In this document: piece by piece, positions 17,350-26,079 of the stretch
How the letters are laid out: each line of letters opens with the position of its first letter
Numbering within the stretch: the first letter of the stretch is position 1
Origin: Candidatus Woesebacteria bacterium
GTDB taxonomy: Bacteria; Patescibacteriota; Microgenomatia; UBA8517
Length of the DNA stretch: 64,000 nucleotides
Reading direction: 5' to 3'
Assembly (NCBI GenBank): GCA_013426185.1
Contig: CP058602.1
Coordinates: 138,231-202,230 of the forward strand
Made by a program: the position numbers and the translations under genes
The notes under the pieces: generated by a model
Database searches by the model: none
Told to the model about the DNA's origin: nothing
What the model saw: the letters and a program-made list of their open reading frames with translations, nothing else

Positions 17350-19089
17350 TTAGAGGTTTTTAGAAATTTTTTCTTGTAAATCTTTAATAAAAGAGTCGAG
17401 GGTAAGTGCACCATAGTCCTTTCCATCTCTACCTCGGACGCTGATTTTTTTCTCTTTTTCTTCCCTATCACCAACTATGGCCATAAAATAGACTTTTTCT
17501 ATCTGAGCATCTCTTATTTTTGCTCCAAGTGTCTCGTTTCTCAAGTCAAGTTCTACTCTTATATTTTCCTCCCTTAATTTTGCAGTAATTTCTTCTGCAT
17601 ATTTTAGATTTCTCTCAGTTATGGGCAGAACTTTTACTTGAATTGGTGTGAGCCATAATGGAAAATTTCCAGCGTAGTTTTCGATTAAAATTGCCATAAA
17701 CCTTTCCATTGAACCAAGAGGGGCTCTATGGATTAAGACAGGCCTTTCAATTTTGCCTTCTTCGTTTACATACTCAAGTTGAAAACGCTCAGGAAGCATA
17801 AAGTCAACCTGAATTGTTCCACATTGCCACTCTCTTCCAAGAGAATCTTTAACAACGACATCAAGCTTTGGGCCATAAAAAGCCGCATCTCCCTCACTTT
17901 TGATAAATTCTAGCCCCTTTTTCTTGACTGCTTTGACGATTTCCTCTTCGGCTTTTTGCCAAATCTTGTCGTTTCCTAGATATTTTTCTTTTTTAGATCT
18001 AAGACCTAACCTTAAGTAATAATTTTTGAGCCCAAAGGTCTCGAGAAGATATGACATGTAGTCAAAAACACCTATAAACTCGTCAATAACTTGACTTTCA
18101 CGGCAGAATATGTGAGCGTCGTCTTGTGTAATATGTCTTACTCTTAGCATTCCTGAAAGCTCGCCCGGCTTTTCGTAGCGGTAGACGGTCGCAATTTCAG
18201 CTATTCTTAAAGGCAGCTCACGATAGCTTCTTTTTTCTGATTTATAAATCATCATATGGAAAGGACAATTCATTGGCTTGACCAAGTATTCGTCTTTATC
18301 AATTTTCATAGGTGAATACATCTTGTCGCGGTATAAATCCCAGTGACCTGATGTTTTCCATAGCTGTTTTTTGCCTATATGAGGAGTATAGACATGTTGA
18401 TAACCTCTTTTTGTCTGTTCTTTTATAATAAAGTTCTCAATTTCTCGTCTTATAATTGCTCCTTTTGGTTTAAGTAAAAGAAGTCCTTGTCCTATTTCTT
18501 CGCTTAGCAAAAATAAATCAAGGTCTTTGCCTATTTTTCTATGGTCTCTTTTTTTCGCTTCCTCAAGGTTTTTGAGAAAAATGTCAAGTTCCTCTTGAGT
18601 TTCAAAAGCAGTTCCGTAAATGCGGGTTAGCATTTTATTTTTTTCATCCCCGTGCCAATAAGCACCCGCAATTGAAAGCAACTTAAAGGCACCAACTTTT
18701 CCAGTTGAGGTGACATGAGGCCCTGCGCAAAGATCTACAAATTCATCCCCTGTTCTATATATTGTTGGTTTTTCTCCTCTTTTTTCTATCTCATCTAACC
18801 ATTCAAGTTTGAAAGGATTATCGGAGAAAATTTTTCTTCCTTCCTCAATAGTAATTTCTTCTCTTGTAAGAGGGAGATTGGCTTTGATAATTTTTTTCAT
18901 CTCAGCTTCAATTTTGGGAAAATCTTTTTCGCTAATCTCTTCCCCATTTGGGTCAAAATCAAAATAGAAACCGTCATCGGTTGCAGGCCCCATTGCCATT
19001 TTTACCTTTGGGAAGAACCTGAGAACAGCTTGGGTTAGAATGTGCTCTGTTGTGTGTCTTATAGCCTTTAGCTTTTCGTTTTTGTCCAT
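17350..19089 (-). CDS. thrS: Threonyl-tRNA synthetase (lacks an N-terminal TGS extension)
   Basis: AIRHTTEHILTQAV editing-domain signature and class II core motifs; 579 aa. Confidence 0.85.
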   Translation of the reverse strand: MDKNEKLKAIRHTTEHILTQAVLRFFPKVKMAMGPATDDGFYFDFDPNGEEISEKDFPKIEAEMKKIIKANLPLTREEITIEEGRKIFSDNPFKLEWLDEIEKRGEKPTIYRTGDEFVDLCAGPHVTSTGKVGAFKLLSIAGAYWHGDEKNKMLTRIYGTAFETQEELDIFLKNLEEAKKRDHRKIGKDLDLFLLSEEIGQGLLLLKPKGAIIRREIENFIIKEQTKRGYQHVYTPHIGKKQLWKTSGHWDLYRDKMYSPMKIDKDEYLVKPMNCPFHMMIYKSEKRSYRELPLRIAEIATVYRYEKPGELSGMLRVRHITQDDAHIFCRESQVIDEFIGVFDYMSYLLETFGLKNYYLRLGLRSKKEKYLGNDKIWQKAEEEIVKAVKKKGLEFIKSEGDAAFYGPKLDVVVKDSLGREWQCGTIQVDFMLPERFQLEYVNEEGKIERPVLIHRAPLGSMERFMAILIENYAGNFPLWLTPIQVKVLPITERNLKYAEEITAKLREENIRVELDLRNETLGAKIRDAQIEKVYFMAIVGDREEKEKKISVRGRDGKDYGALTLDSFIKDLQEKISKNL

Positions 19090-19146
19090 AAGATAAGCTT
19101 ATATTAAAACTTTTGCGAGGAAAAATCTATAAGGAGCGAGTTTTAG

Positions 19147-19220
19147 TGGACCCGAGGGGGATCGAACCCCTGACCTCTTGACTGCCAGCCAAGCGCTCTA
19201 GCCAGCTGAGCTACGGGCCC
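19147..19220 (-). tRNA. tRNA-Ala (GGC)
   Basis: Cloverleaf GGGCCCG/CGGGTCC with the G3:U70 Ala identity pair. Anticodon loop CTGGCAG; T-loop TTCGATC. Confidence 0.85.
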
Positions 19221-19278
19221 TTAGAATTTTATTTTAGCATACTGCATTATTTTAACAAAGTGTTTCTTCTTTAGGCTA

Positions 19279-19335
19279 AATCCCGATCTGGCAAGCTAAA
19301 CCACTTCCGAAGTGGGCTGAGTTGCCATATCGGGA
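19279..19335. repeat. Direct repeat E1: a remnant of the copZ 3' end (…NPDLAS*) plus downstream imperfect palindrome. E2 is its partner.
   Basis: ATCCCGATCTGGCAAGCTAAACCACTTCCGAAGTGGGCTGAGTTGCCATATCGGGAT. Inner palindrome CCACTTCCGAAGTGG; outer arms ATCCCGAT/ATCGGGAT. Confidence 0.7.
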
Positions 19336-19347
19336 TATTTAAGTCCA

Positions 19348-19569
19348 CTACCTTTTCAAGTTAAAAATTATAGAAAGAATAATTGTTAAGATGATGCTTA
19401 TGATTATTGAAGTTGTAATGGGTGCGTAGAAGATAAAATTTTCTTTTTTAATGAATATGTCACCAGGTAATTTCCCAAAATATGGTATTTTGCTAGAAAA
19501 TAGAATAAAAATACCGAAGGCGACTACTATTAGACCTAAAAGGATAATTAATTTACCCAAATCTTGCAT
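19348..19569 (-). CDS. DUF2905 family small membrane protein
   Basis: GKLPGDI motif flanked by two TM helices. It is co-oriented immediately downstream of copA. Confidence 0.5.
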   Translation of the reverse strand: MQDLGKLIILLGLIVVAFGIFILFSSKIPYFGKLPGDIFIKKENFIFYAPITTSIIISIILTIILSIIFNLKR

Positions 19570-19593
19570 ACCTAGATATTATAAATTTTAGCT

Positions 19594-21861
19594 TCAATGG
19601 GAATCAAATTGTATTCGCTCTCTTTTTAATCGCAGTGAATTGCCTACGACAGAAATTGAACTTGCAGCCATCGCAAAGGCGGCCAAAGCAGGGTTAAGAA
19701 GAAGGTGAAAAGAAGGATAAAGGATTCCCATTGCAACAGGAATTAGAGAAACATTATAACCAAATGCCCAAAAGAGATTTTGTTTTATAACAGAAAGAGT
19801 TTTTCGACTTAGATTGTAGGCCGTCAAGATAGATTTAATATCTTTGTTGAGTAAGGTGATTCCTGCTGATTCAATTGCAACATCAGTTCCTGATCCAATC
19901 GCAATTCCGATATCTGCTGTTGCTAAAGAAGGAGCATCATTTACTCCATCTCCGACAAAGGCCACCACTTGTGTTTTTTCTTTTTTCAGCTCTTTTACTT
20001 TGTTTGCTTTTTCTTCCGGCAAAACATCAGCTAGTACATTCTCTATGCCCGATAACTTTGCTATTGCCTTTGCGGTTCTTTCGTTGTCGCCTGTTATCAT
20101 CCAAATCTCAATACCCTCTCTCTTCAAGTTTTGCACAGTTTCTTTTACCCCACCTTTAAGAGTGTCGGAAATTGTAATTATACCCAGAAGATTTTTGCTT
20201 TGGGATAGAAACACCACGGTTTTTCCTTCGTATTCCAACTTTTTGATACTTTCTTCCCATTTATCGAGATTGACCCTATTTATTCCCATTAAAGCTCTAT
20301 TACCCAAAAAATATATCTTTCCTTCTATTTTTCCTTCAATTCCCTTCCCGGCGTGAGAGGTAAAGTTTTTTACTGCGGCAAGTTTTAGTCTATTACTTTT
20401 TGCCTTTTTGAGTATTGCATCAGCAAGCGAATGTTCGGATCCTTTTTCAAGAGAGGCTGCGATTTTAAGTACTTCCTCCTTGCTTATTTTTTGATTCTTG
20501 TTTTCAATGATATCAACTACTTTGGGTCTGCCTTGAGTTAGGGTGCCGGTTTTATCAAAAATAAAAATCTTTGCTTTGCTTAAAATCTCAAGGCTCTGAG
20601 CGTCTTTAATTAAAATGCCTGATTCTGCTCCCTTGCCGACACCTACCATAATAGCGGTTGGTGTGGCAAGACCCATCGCGCAAGGGCAAGCGATGATAAG
20701 AACGGCTATCATGTTACTCAAGGCTAAGTTGAAATTGCCAAAGTCGTACCACACAACAAAGGTTAAAACCGCAAGGACAAGGACAATGGGCACAAAATAT
20801 GAAGACACGATATCTGCAATTCTTTGGATGGGCGCTCTTGTTGCCTGAGCCTCTGAAACAAGTTTTATGATGTTTGAAAGCATTGTTTCTTTACCAACTT
20901 TCTCTGCTTTAAAGATAAAGGTCCCTGTTTTATTGATGGTTCCGCCAATTACTTTGTCTTTTACTTTTTTGTCAACAGGTATTGACTCTCCTGTTATCAT
21001 TGATTCATCAACACTGCTTGCTCCTTCAACAATCTCACCGTCTACAGGGATTTTTTCACCTGGCCTGACGCGGATAAAATCGCCAACTTTTACGTTGTCA
21101 ATTGAAATGTCAAACTCCTTGAAATTACCTCTTTTGATATCTGATATGGTTAGCTTGTCCCCCGTTCTTACAGTTTGCAACACTCTTGCAGTTTTTGCCT
21201 TGAGTCCTAGTAATTTTTTAATAGCATCGGAAGTATGAGCTTTAGCTTTTGCCTCAAGAAGTCGGCCCAACAGGATAAGAGCAATGATAACAGTTGCTGT
21301 GTCAAAGTATAAATGTCCCCCTTTAAAAGTTGAAATTAAAGAATAACCCCAGGCACTAGATGTGCCAATTGCAATTAAGGTATCCATGCTTGCAGTTCTA
21401 TTTTTGAGTCCTGACAATGTAGCCTGATAAAAACTCTTTCCTGCCCAGAACTGTACAGGGGTAGAAAGTAGTAAAAGAGTAAAAGGATTACTCAAAAATT
21501 GAGGAACAAAATTGAACCATTCTGGAAAACTCCCAAGTACTACAAAAATTGATACAACTATGGAGAAAATAGTCTTTATTTTGAGATTTTCAAGCTCCCT
21601 TTTCTTTTCTTCTTCTTTAATCTTGTTGATATCTTTTTCTTCGTCTGTTTTGATTATGGCTTTGTACCCTGCTTCTTCTACAGCGTTTGCTAAATCTTGA
21701 TCTTTAACATTCAGACTGCATTCAACCACTGCCTCCTCGCTTCCGTAGTTCACAGAAGCGGTTTTGACACCTTCTATTTTTTGCAATTTTCTTTCAATCA
21801 GCTTGGCGCAGGAGGCACAGTGCATTCCAATAATTGGGAAAGAAGTCCTTTTTATTTGCAT
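19594..21861 (-). CDS. copA: Copper-translocating P1B-type ATPase
   Basis: N-terminal HMA domain ([14 protein letters not shown]), a CPC metal-binding TM motif ([11 protein letters not shown]), DKTGTLT phosphorylation site and GDGVNDAP. Confidence 0.85.
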   Translation of the reverse strand: MQIKRTSFPIIGMHCASCAKLIERKLQKIEGVKTASVNYGSEEAVVECSLNVKDQDLANAVEEAGYKAIIKTDEEKDINKIKEEEKKRELENLKIKTIFSIVVSIFVVLGSFPEWFNFVPQFLSNPFTLLLLSTPVQFWAGKSFYQATLSGLKNRTASMDTLIAIGTSSAWGYSLISTFKGGHLYFDTATVIIALILLGRLLEAKAKAHTSDAIKKLLGLKAKTARVLQTVRTGDKLTISDIKRGNFKEFDISIDNVKVGDFIRVRPGEKIPVDGEIVEGASSVDESMITGESIPVDKKVKDKVIGGTINKTGTFIFKAEKVGKETMLSNIIKLVSEAQATRAPIQRIADIVSSYFVPIVLVLAVLTFVVWYDFGNFNLALSNMIAVLIIACPCAMGLATPTAIMVGVGKGAESGILIKDAQSLEILSKAKIFIFDKTGTLTQGRPKVVDIIENKNQKISKEEVLKIAASLEKGSEHSLADAILKKAKSNRLKLAAVKNFTSHAGKGIEGKIEGKIYFLGNRALMGINRVNLDKWEESIKKLEYEGKTVVFLSQSKNLLGIITISDTLKGGVKETVQNLKREGIEIWMITGDNERTAKAIAKLSGIENVLADVLPEEKANKVKELKKEKTQVVAFVGDGVNDAPSLATADIGIAIGSGTDVAIESAGITLLNKDIKSILTAYNLSRKTLSVIKQNLFWAFGYNVSLIPVAMGILYPSFHLLLNPALAAFAMAASSISVVGNSLRLKRERIQFDSH

Positions 21862-21960
21862 CTTATTTTCAAATTTTTTCTTTCTCGCTAAAGAAAAACC
21901 ATATTACAAAGATAATAGCAATAGTGCCCAAGAGCGTAACCAATATTTTGTCTGAAGTAA

Positions 21961-22272
21961 TCATCTGGTTGATTTTCTAAAGACTGCTTTTATCTCTTTT
22001 ATTAATTTGTTTTCATCTATCTTTCCCTTTTTGGCAGGATCAATCACACAGCTTTTAATATGATTTTCAAGTATTATCTCGTCTACTTTTTTAAGTGCAG
22101 ATTGTATGGCTTGAGATTGATTAATAACGTCAATGCAATAAGCATCTTCTTCAACCATTTTTATAACTTTTTCAATGTGACCGCGAGTTATTTTTAGACG
22201 GTGAATTATTTTGCTTTTGGTTGGTTCTTTGCTGTAAAGGCGTGTGTTCATACTAAAATTACCTGTTGACAT
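21961..22272 (-). CDS. csoR: CsoR/RcnR-family metal-sensing transcriptional repressor (DUF156)
   Basis: RGHIEKVIKMVEEDAYCIDVINQSQAIQSALKKV...HIKSCV matches the CsoR helix-bundle signature, with conserved Cys/His. It is upstream of copA in the same orientation. Confidence 0.65.
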   Translation of the reverse strand: MSTGNFSMNTRLYSKEPTKSKIIHRLKITRGHIEKVIKMVEEDAYCIDVINQSQAIQSALKKVDEIILENHIKSCVIDPAKKGKIDENKLIKEIKAVFRKSTR

Positions 22273-22295
22273 CCCCTGTATGGGGATGTATAAAT
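22266..22295 (+). promoter_or_regulatory. Divergent promoter with a CsoR-type operator: TTGACA, 17-nt spacer, TATAAA, with the palindrome ACATCCCC-TGTAT-GGGGATGT inside the spacer
   Basis: Read directly. The C4-N5-G4 inverted repeat is the CsoR operator architecture. A minus-strand TTGACA-17-TTTAAT promoter for csoR-copA lies a few bp away. Confidence 0.5.
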
Positions 22296-22351
22296 TAAAC
22301 TACTTAGATTGTTTATTGTCAAGTGCTTTTATCTTTTAATATACTCTAATT

Positions 22352-23347
22352 ATGAACACAGTCTTTCTCGCCTTCTTTACTGGTTTAACTACAGGTGGCG
22401 TTTCTTGTTTTGCTGTCCAGGGTGGCCTTTTAGCAAGTTCAATTGCCAACCAAAAAGAAGGCGAAAGAAGTAAAGCAGTTTTTCTTTTCCTTTTCTCACG
22501 ACTTTTTGCTTACTTTGTTTTAGGAGCTCTTCTTGGATTTTTGGGTTCATCAATTGCCATTTCTCCTAAAGTTCAGGGATTAATGCAAATTTTTGCCGGC
22601 GTTATAATGCTTTTGACCGCTTTTCGTCTTTTTGATTTACATCCTGTTTTCAGGCGTTTTGTTATTACCCCTCCGAAGAGTGTTTTTAAGGTTCTGAGGA
22701 TAAAAAGCCGTGAAGAAGGACTTTTTTCAGCTTTGTTTTTGGGGTTATTAACTGTTTTAATACCTTGCGGTGTCACTCAGGCAATGATGCTTCTTTCGGT
22801 TGCTTCTGGTTCCTGGGTCTATGGTGGTTTGATTCTTTTCTCTTTTATTTTGGGGACCACTCCCTTATTTTTGTTTTTGGGTGGTGTCTCAGGAAAACTT
22901 TTTGAAGTCAAAAGTTTCAGATTCGTTGCTGCTTTTGTTATTTTAATTTTGGGAGTTTTGTCAATTAATACAGGGCAGATGCTTCGCGGTTCGATCCATA
23001 CGCTTCAAAATTATTGGCTAGCTGCAACGGGTCGCCTTGAGCAAAATGGTAGAGGTAAGATTGCGGAGTTTAATAAGAACGGTATTCAAGAAGTTGAAGT
23101 AAAGGTAACAACCTCGGGTTATTATCCCAGCGCTACTTCCCTTAAAGTGGGTGTGCCGGTTCGTCTTAAATTAAACTCTCAAAATGCACAGGGTTGTATC
23201 AGAGCTTTTACCATTCCTGAATATGGTATCTCTCAAGTTTTGCCTGCTAGTGGCGAGACAGTTATTGAATTTACTCCTACTAAAAAGGGTAAGCTCGCTT
23301 TTACCTGCAGTATGGGTATGTATGGTGGTTATTTTGATGTTTTCTAA
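22352..23347 (+). CDS. Polytopic membrane protein (DsbD/CcdA- or TauE-like, with Cys in two TM helices) fused to a C-terminal cupredoxin-like domain; putative copper-handling protein
   Basis: About 8 TM helices with GGVSCFAVQGG and LIPCGVTQAMM. The C-terminal soluble region (VPVRLKLNSQNAQGCIRAFTIPEYGI...FTCSMGMYGGYFDV) resembles a Cys/Met-rich copper-binding beta-sandwich. It is divergent from csoR and upstream of copZ. Confidence 0.4.
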   Translation: MNTVFLAFFTGLTTGGVSCFAVQGGLLASSIANQKEGERSKAVFLFLFSRLFAYFVLGALLGFLGSSIAISPKVQGLMQIFAGVIMLLTAFRLFDLHPVFRRFVITPPKSVFKVLRIKSREEGLFSALFLGLLTVLIPCGVTQAMMLLSVASGSWVYGGLILFSFILGTTPLFLFLGGVSGKLFEVKSFRFVAAFVILILGVLSINTGQMLRGSIHTLQNYWLAATGRLEQNGRGKIAEFNKNGIQEVEVKVTTSGYYPSATSLKVGVPVRLKLNSQNAQGCIRAFTIPEYGISQVLPASGETVIEFTPTKKGKLAFTCSMGMYGGYFDVF

Positions 23348-23350
23348 TTT

Positions 23351-23575
23351 ATGGCAAAAAAGATTTACAAAGTAGAAGGAATGAATTGCGATGCCTGCGC
23401 CAAGATGATTGAGCTTGATTTGGAGGATGAAGGTGTTGTGGCAATGTGCGATTATGCTAAATCTTCTTTAGAAATTGAGATTGAAGACAAGAAAACTGAG
23501 GATAAGGTAAAAGAAGTTCTTAGAAAGGGTGGATACTTGTTGGTAGAGGAGACCAATCCCGATGTGGCAAGCTAA
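23351..23575 (+). CDS. copZ: Heavy-metal-associated (HMA) domain copper chaperone
   Basis: MNCDACAKMIE MxCxxC motif; 74 aa. Confidence 0.75.
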   Translation: MAKKIYKVEGMNCDACAKMIELDLEDEGVVAMCDYAKSSLEIEIEDKKTEDKVKEVLRKGGYLLVEETNPDVAS

Positions 23576-23611
23576 GCTACTTCCGAAGTTGACTGTGTAG
23601 CCAATTGGGAT
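23556..23611. repeat. Direct repeat E2: the genuine copZ 3' end plus the same downstream element, about 80% identical to E1
   Basis: ATCCCGATGTGGCAAGCTAAGCTACTTCCGAAGTTGACTGTGTAGCCAATTGGGAT, in the same orientation as E1. Confidence 0.7.
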
Positions 23612-23638
23612 TTTGATTTTGGAAATTTGAAGAGATTG

Positions 23639-23681
23639 TGGACGGTAAGGGACTCGAACCCCTGACCTTTCGCACGTCATC
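23639..23681 (-). other. Orphan tRNA 3' fragment (T-arm plus acceptor 3' strand ...GGTCAGGGGTTCGAGTCCCTTACCGTCCA)
   Basis: It has a T-stem/T-loop and the acceptor 3' strand ACCGTCC, but no D or anticodon arm. The acceptor is complementary to the 5' fragment at 24029-24051. Confidence 0.5.
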
Positions 23682-23698
23682 CCGATTTTAATTTGGTG

Positions 23699-23772
23699 TG
23701 GATCCAGTAGGACTCGAACCTACGACCTCTTACACGTCAAGTAAGCGCTCTAGCCAGCTGAGCTATGGATCC
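23699..23772 (-). tRNA. tRNA-Val (GAC)
   Basis: Cloverleaf GGATCCA/TGGATCC. Anticodon loop TTGACGT; T-loop TTCGAGT. Confidence 0.85.
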
Positions 23773-24012
23773 ATCATTTATTAACTTTTTGAGGTGTTTA
23801 GGATTTTTATATTTTTTCAGACGCTTTTCAAGCACTATTGCCTCTTTTTTAGTTTCTACACCTATGTTACATATCATTTTCCAAGGAACACCTCTTCTTG
23901 TCCATCTTTGTTTGCCTTTGTTATGGTTCAACAGTCTTTTAACCAAATCCTTAGTATAACCTATATATAATTTGTTTAATTTGATGCTTTCTAAAATATA
24001 GACAAAATACAT
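23737..24012 (-). CDS. GIY-YIG nuclease family small protein. The real C-terminus is probably shorter; the ORF track reads through into tRNA-Val.
   Basis: N-terminus MYFVYILESIKLNKLYIGYTKDLVKRLLNHN contains the GIY..YIG motifs and a catalytic R/N pattern. Confidence 0.55.
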   Translation of the reverse strand: MYFVYILESIKLNKLYIGYTKDLVKRLLNHNKGKQRWTRRGVPWKMICNIGVETKKEAIVLEKRLKKYKNPKHLKKLINDGSIAQLARALT

Positions 24013-24028
24013 TTTATATTAATCGGGA

Positions 24029-24051
24029 CTAACCAACTGAGCTAACCGTCC
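24029..24051 (-). other. Orphan tRNA 5' fragment (acceptor 5' strand plus D-arm start GGACGGTTAGCTCAGTTGGTTAG)
   Basis: Canonical 5' tRNA sequence that stops inside the D-loop. Its acceptor GGACGGT pairs with the ACCGTCC of the 3' fragment at 23639-23681. Confidence 0.5.
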
Positions 24052-24114
24052 CCATTTGATAGCAAAGTGCTTTTGTTTAGGTATTTTAGATTAAATTTGT
24101 ATCAACTTCAATAT

Positions 24115-24714
24115 TTAACCTGCAGATCTTGTTAGGTAATGATCGGCTGAAAGGAGAAAGCTTGAGCCGTGTTTTTTGTATCTGTTCCAGTATTTCATTC
24201 TTGTTCTTTTGCTTGTTGCCTCAAGCCAGATTGAAGCTTTTTCTATTTCAAGTCTTGCAGTTCTTATAATTTTTAGAACCTGTTCAAAGAAAAACAGATG
24301 ATATGTGCCGGGATTTTGTGGCGCTTGTTCCGGTATAGCCTTTATTTCTTCTCTTATATTTTGGGTGGATTTTGATAGAAGTTTTACTTCTTTTATGATT
24401 GCATCAAGCTCGGCTCTTAGCTGTCCTATCTTTTTTTCCACTTCTTTCTTTTCTTCTGTGAACACAGAAAGTTCGTGCCATCGGCTTGTTACTTCTACTC
24501 TTTTGGTTTCTGTTTTTATTCCTGATTTGGATATTTCTATTGATTCCCCGGGTCTAAATTCTTGTTTTTGTGGGTATTCACTTTTGACACCAACAATTTC
24601 TTGAAGGATGCTTAAAGGATCAATATTACTTGCCAAAGAAGACATTAACCCCACCTGTTCATTTAGGTTTTCTATTTGCTTTGCTCTCTGGCTTTTTTTT
24701 GTGGAATTTGCCAT
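24115..24714 (-). CDS. Hypothetical coiled-coil protein
   Basis: 199-aa ORF downstream of trigger factor with a central heptad-rich segment. No recognisable motif. Confidence 0.3.
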   Translation of the reverse strand: MANSTKKSQRAKQIENLNEQVGLMSSLASNIDPLSILQEIVGVKSEYPQKQEFRPGESIEISKSGIKTETKRVEVTSRWHELSVFTEEKKEVEKKIGQLRAELDAIIKEVKLLSKSTQNIREEIKAIPEQAPQNPGTYHLFFFEQVLKIIRTARLEIEKASIWLEATSKRTRMKYWNRYKKHGSSFLLSADHYLTRSAG

Positions 24715-24738
24715 TGGTTTTGGCAGGCTTTTTTAATT

Positions 24739-25632
24739 TTATAACAAAGAAGTCAAAAATTCCAATGCCTTCCTTCTTAAGAGTATGTTTTTGATGGCTT
24801 CTCTTTGCTCTTGACTATTTTCTTGGCCATCTTGACTATTTAACGAAGCTGACATCTTCAAGACTTCATCTAATTCTTTTTTATCTACCTCTAGCTTTTC
24901 ATCAAGAGCTATTTTGTTGAGTATAAGTTCTAAAGCTAGAGATTGTTTTGTTTGGTTTTCGTATTCTTCTCTTAAGCTTTCTGCTGTTTTTCCAGTTGAT
25001 TCAAGATATTTTTCAAGACTTAAGCCCAATTTCTCTATTCTTTCCAAAAGTTGCGAAAGTCTATGATTTACTTCCTCTTCTACCAAAAGAGTTGGGACAT
25101 CTACTTTAATAATTTTCATTAGAGCCTCGATGACTTTTTGCTCTTTTTCCTCTTGTGTTGGTTTTTGGCCGTCTCCCCCCTTTTTATCAGGTGTCCAAAT
25201 TTCGGTGGTCTTTAGTTCTTTTCTAATTTCTTCTTTATAGTTGCCTAACTTGACTTCAGGCATTTCACAGGTAGTTACTCTTACCTGCCAGTTTTCTCCC
25301 TCTTTGGCTGACAGGAGCTCAAATCTTGGATAGATAACAGGTTTAATATTCTCTTCTTGTAGTGCTTCACGTAGAGCTGGCAAGACAATATGAGTTAGAA
25401 TTTCTTCGATTATTTTTTCTGGTTTGACATTTTCTTTTACCTTTGCAATTGGGGCTTTGCCTTTCCTAAAACCTGGTACTTCCAGATTTTGACCCAATTC
25501 TTTTAAGATATGCTCTTCGTTTTGAGCAATAATCTGGGCGGGTATGGTAAAGGTTATTTGGACCGTTTTGTCTTCTGTTCTCGCGACGGTTCTTGTAATT
25601 TTTTCTTCTTTATTTTCTTTCTTTTTAGTCAT
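24739..25632 (-). CDS. tig: Trigger factor (domain-reduced, no PPIase domain)
   Basis: N-domain signature GFRKGKAPIAKV (GFRxGxxP) followed by a long helical chaperone C-domain. At 297 aa it is too short to include an FKBP domain. Confidence 0.6.
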   Translation of the reverse strand: MTKKKENKEEKITRTVARTEDKTVQITFTIPAQIIAQNEEHILKELGQNLEVPGFRKGKAPIAKVKENVKPEKIIEEILTHIVLPALREALQEENIKPVIYPRFELLSAKEGENWQVRVTTCEMPEVKLGNYKEEIRKELKTTEIWTPDKKGGDGQKPTQEEKEQKVIEALMKIIKVDVPTLLVEEEVNHRLSQLLERIEKLGLSLEKYLESTGKTAESLREEYENQTKQSLALELILNKIALDEKLEVDKKELDEVLKMSASLNSQDGQENSQEQREAIKNILLRRKALEFLTSLL

Positions 25633-25669
25633 AGTGGTTATTATATCCTAAATCATTAAAAATGGATAG

Positions 25670-25920
25670 GGGAATAAGCTTTACTTGAAATTTAGAACGC
25701 AAAATTGAAAGTTAAAAGTTAAAACTTTCTAATTAGATTATAGATTATAGAATTTTGATTTATACTTACTACATTCTACATTCTACTTTCTACTTTTATT
25801 TCCTGAATAATATAAAATACTAAATACTAACTTTTGACCAGCTTTGACTAACTCCGCTGCAGTCGGAGACTAACTTCGACTAATATCTGATAGCTGATGT
25901 CTGATATCCGATATCCGAGG
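25670..25920. repeat. Mosaic intergenic repeat copy R3 (R2 orientation; modules E-D-C'-B)
   Basis: Contains TACTTACTACATTCTACATTCTACTTTCTAC, a degenerate core, and ATCTGATAGCTGATGTCTGATATCCGATATCCGA. It lies upstream of tig. Confidence 0.7.
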
Positions 25921-26079
25921 CCCTATCCCTTATGCTGAGTTTTAAAGGTTGAAGGGTTAAATTTGATGCCAAATGAAGATTTGGGACTAAAAGTTTTAGC
26001 CTTGAAAAAATCTGGAGTCCTATATTTTGGCCCTGCTTGATTTGGTCCTTCCTTTTTCTTGATAAAGCTTTTTGTCATA

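Noticed and set aside
17280-17474. ORF-track CDS 17280-17474 (-), 64 aa
   Set aside because: It overlaps the C-terminus of thrS in another frame and reads through the REP-like palindrome and the GGGGTGTGATT repeats.
19348-21861. Multiple antisense ORFs inside copA (19844-20356, 19875-20159, 20615-20848, 20867-21238, 21512-21700)
   Set aside because: They are all internal to a well-supported P-type ATPase gene in other frames or strands. They come from the low-GC codon bias and are not genes.
23737-23772. C-terminal 12 residues of the GIY-YIG ORF (…IAQLARALT)
   Set aside because: This part is a translation of the tRNA-Val D-arm, AGCTCAGCTGGCTAGAGCGC. The ORF stays open only because the tRNA contains no stop in that frame. 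The real protein probably ends earlier or uses the overlap incidentally.
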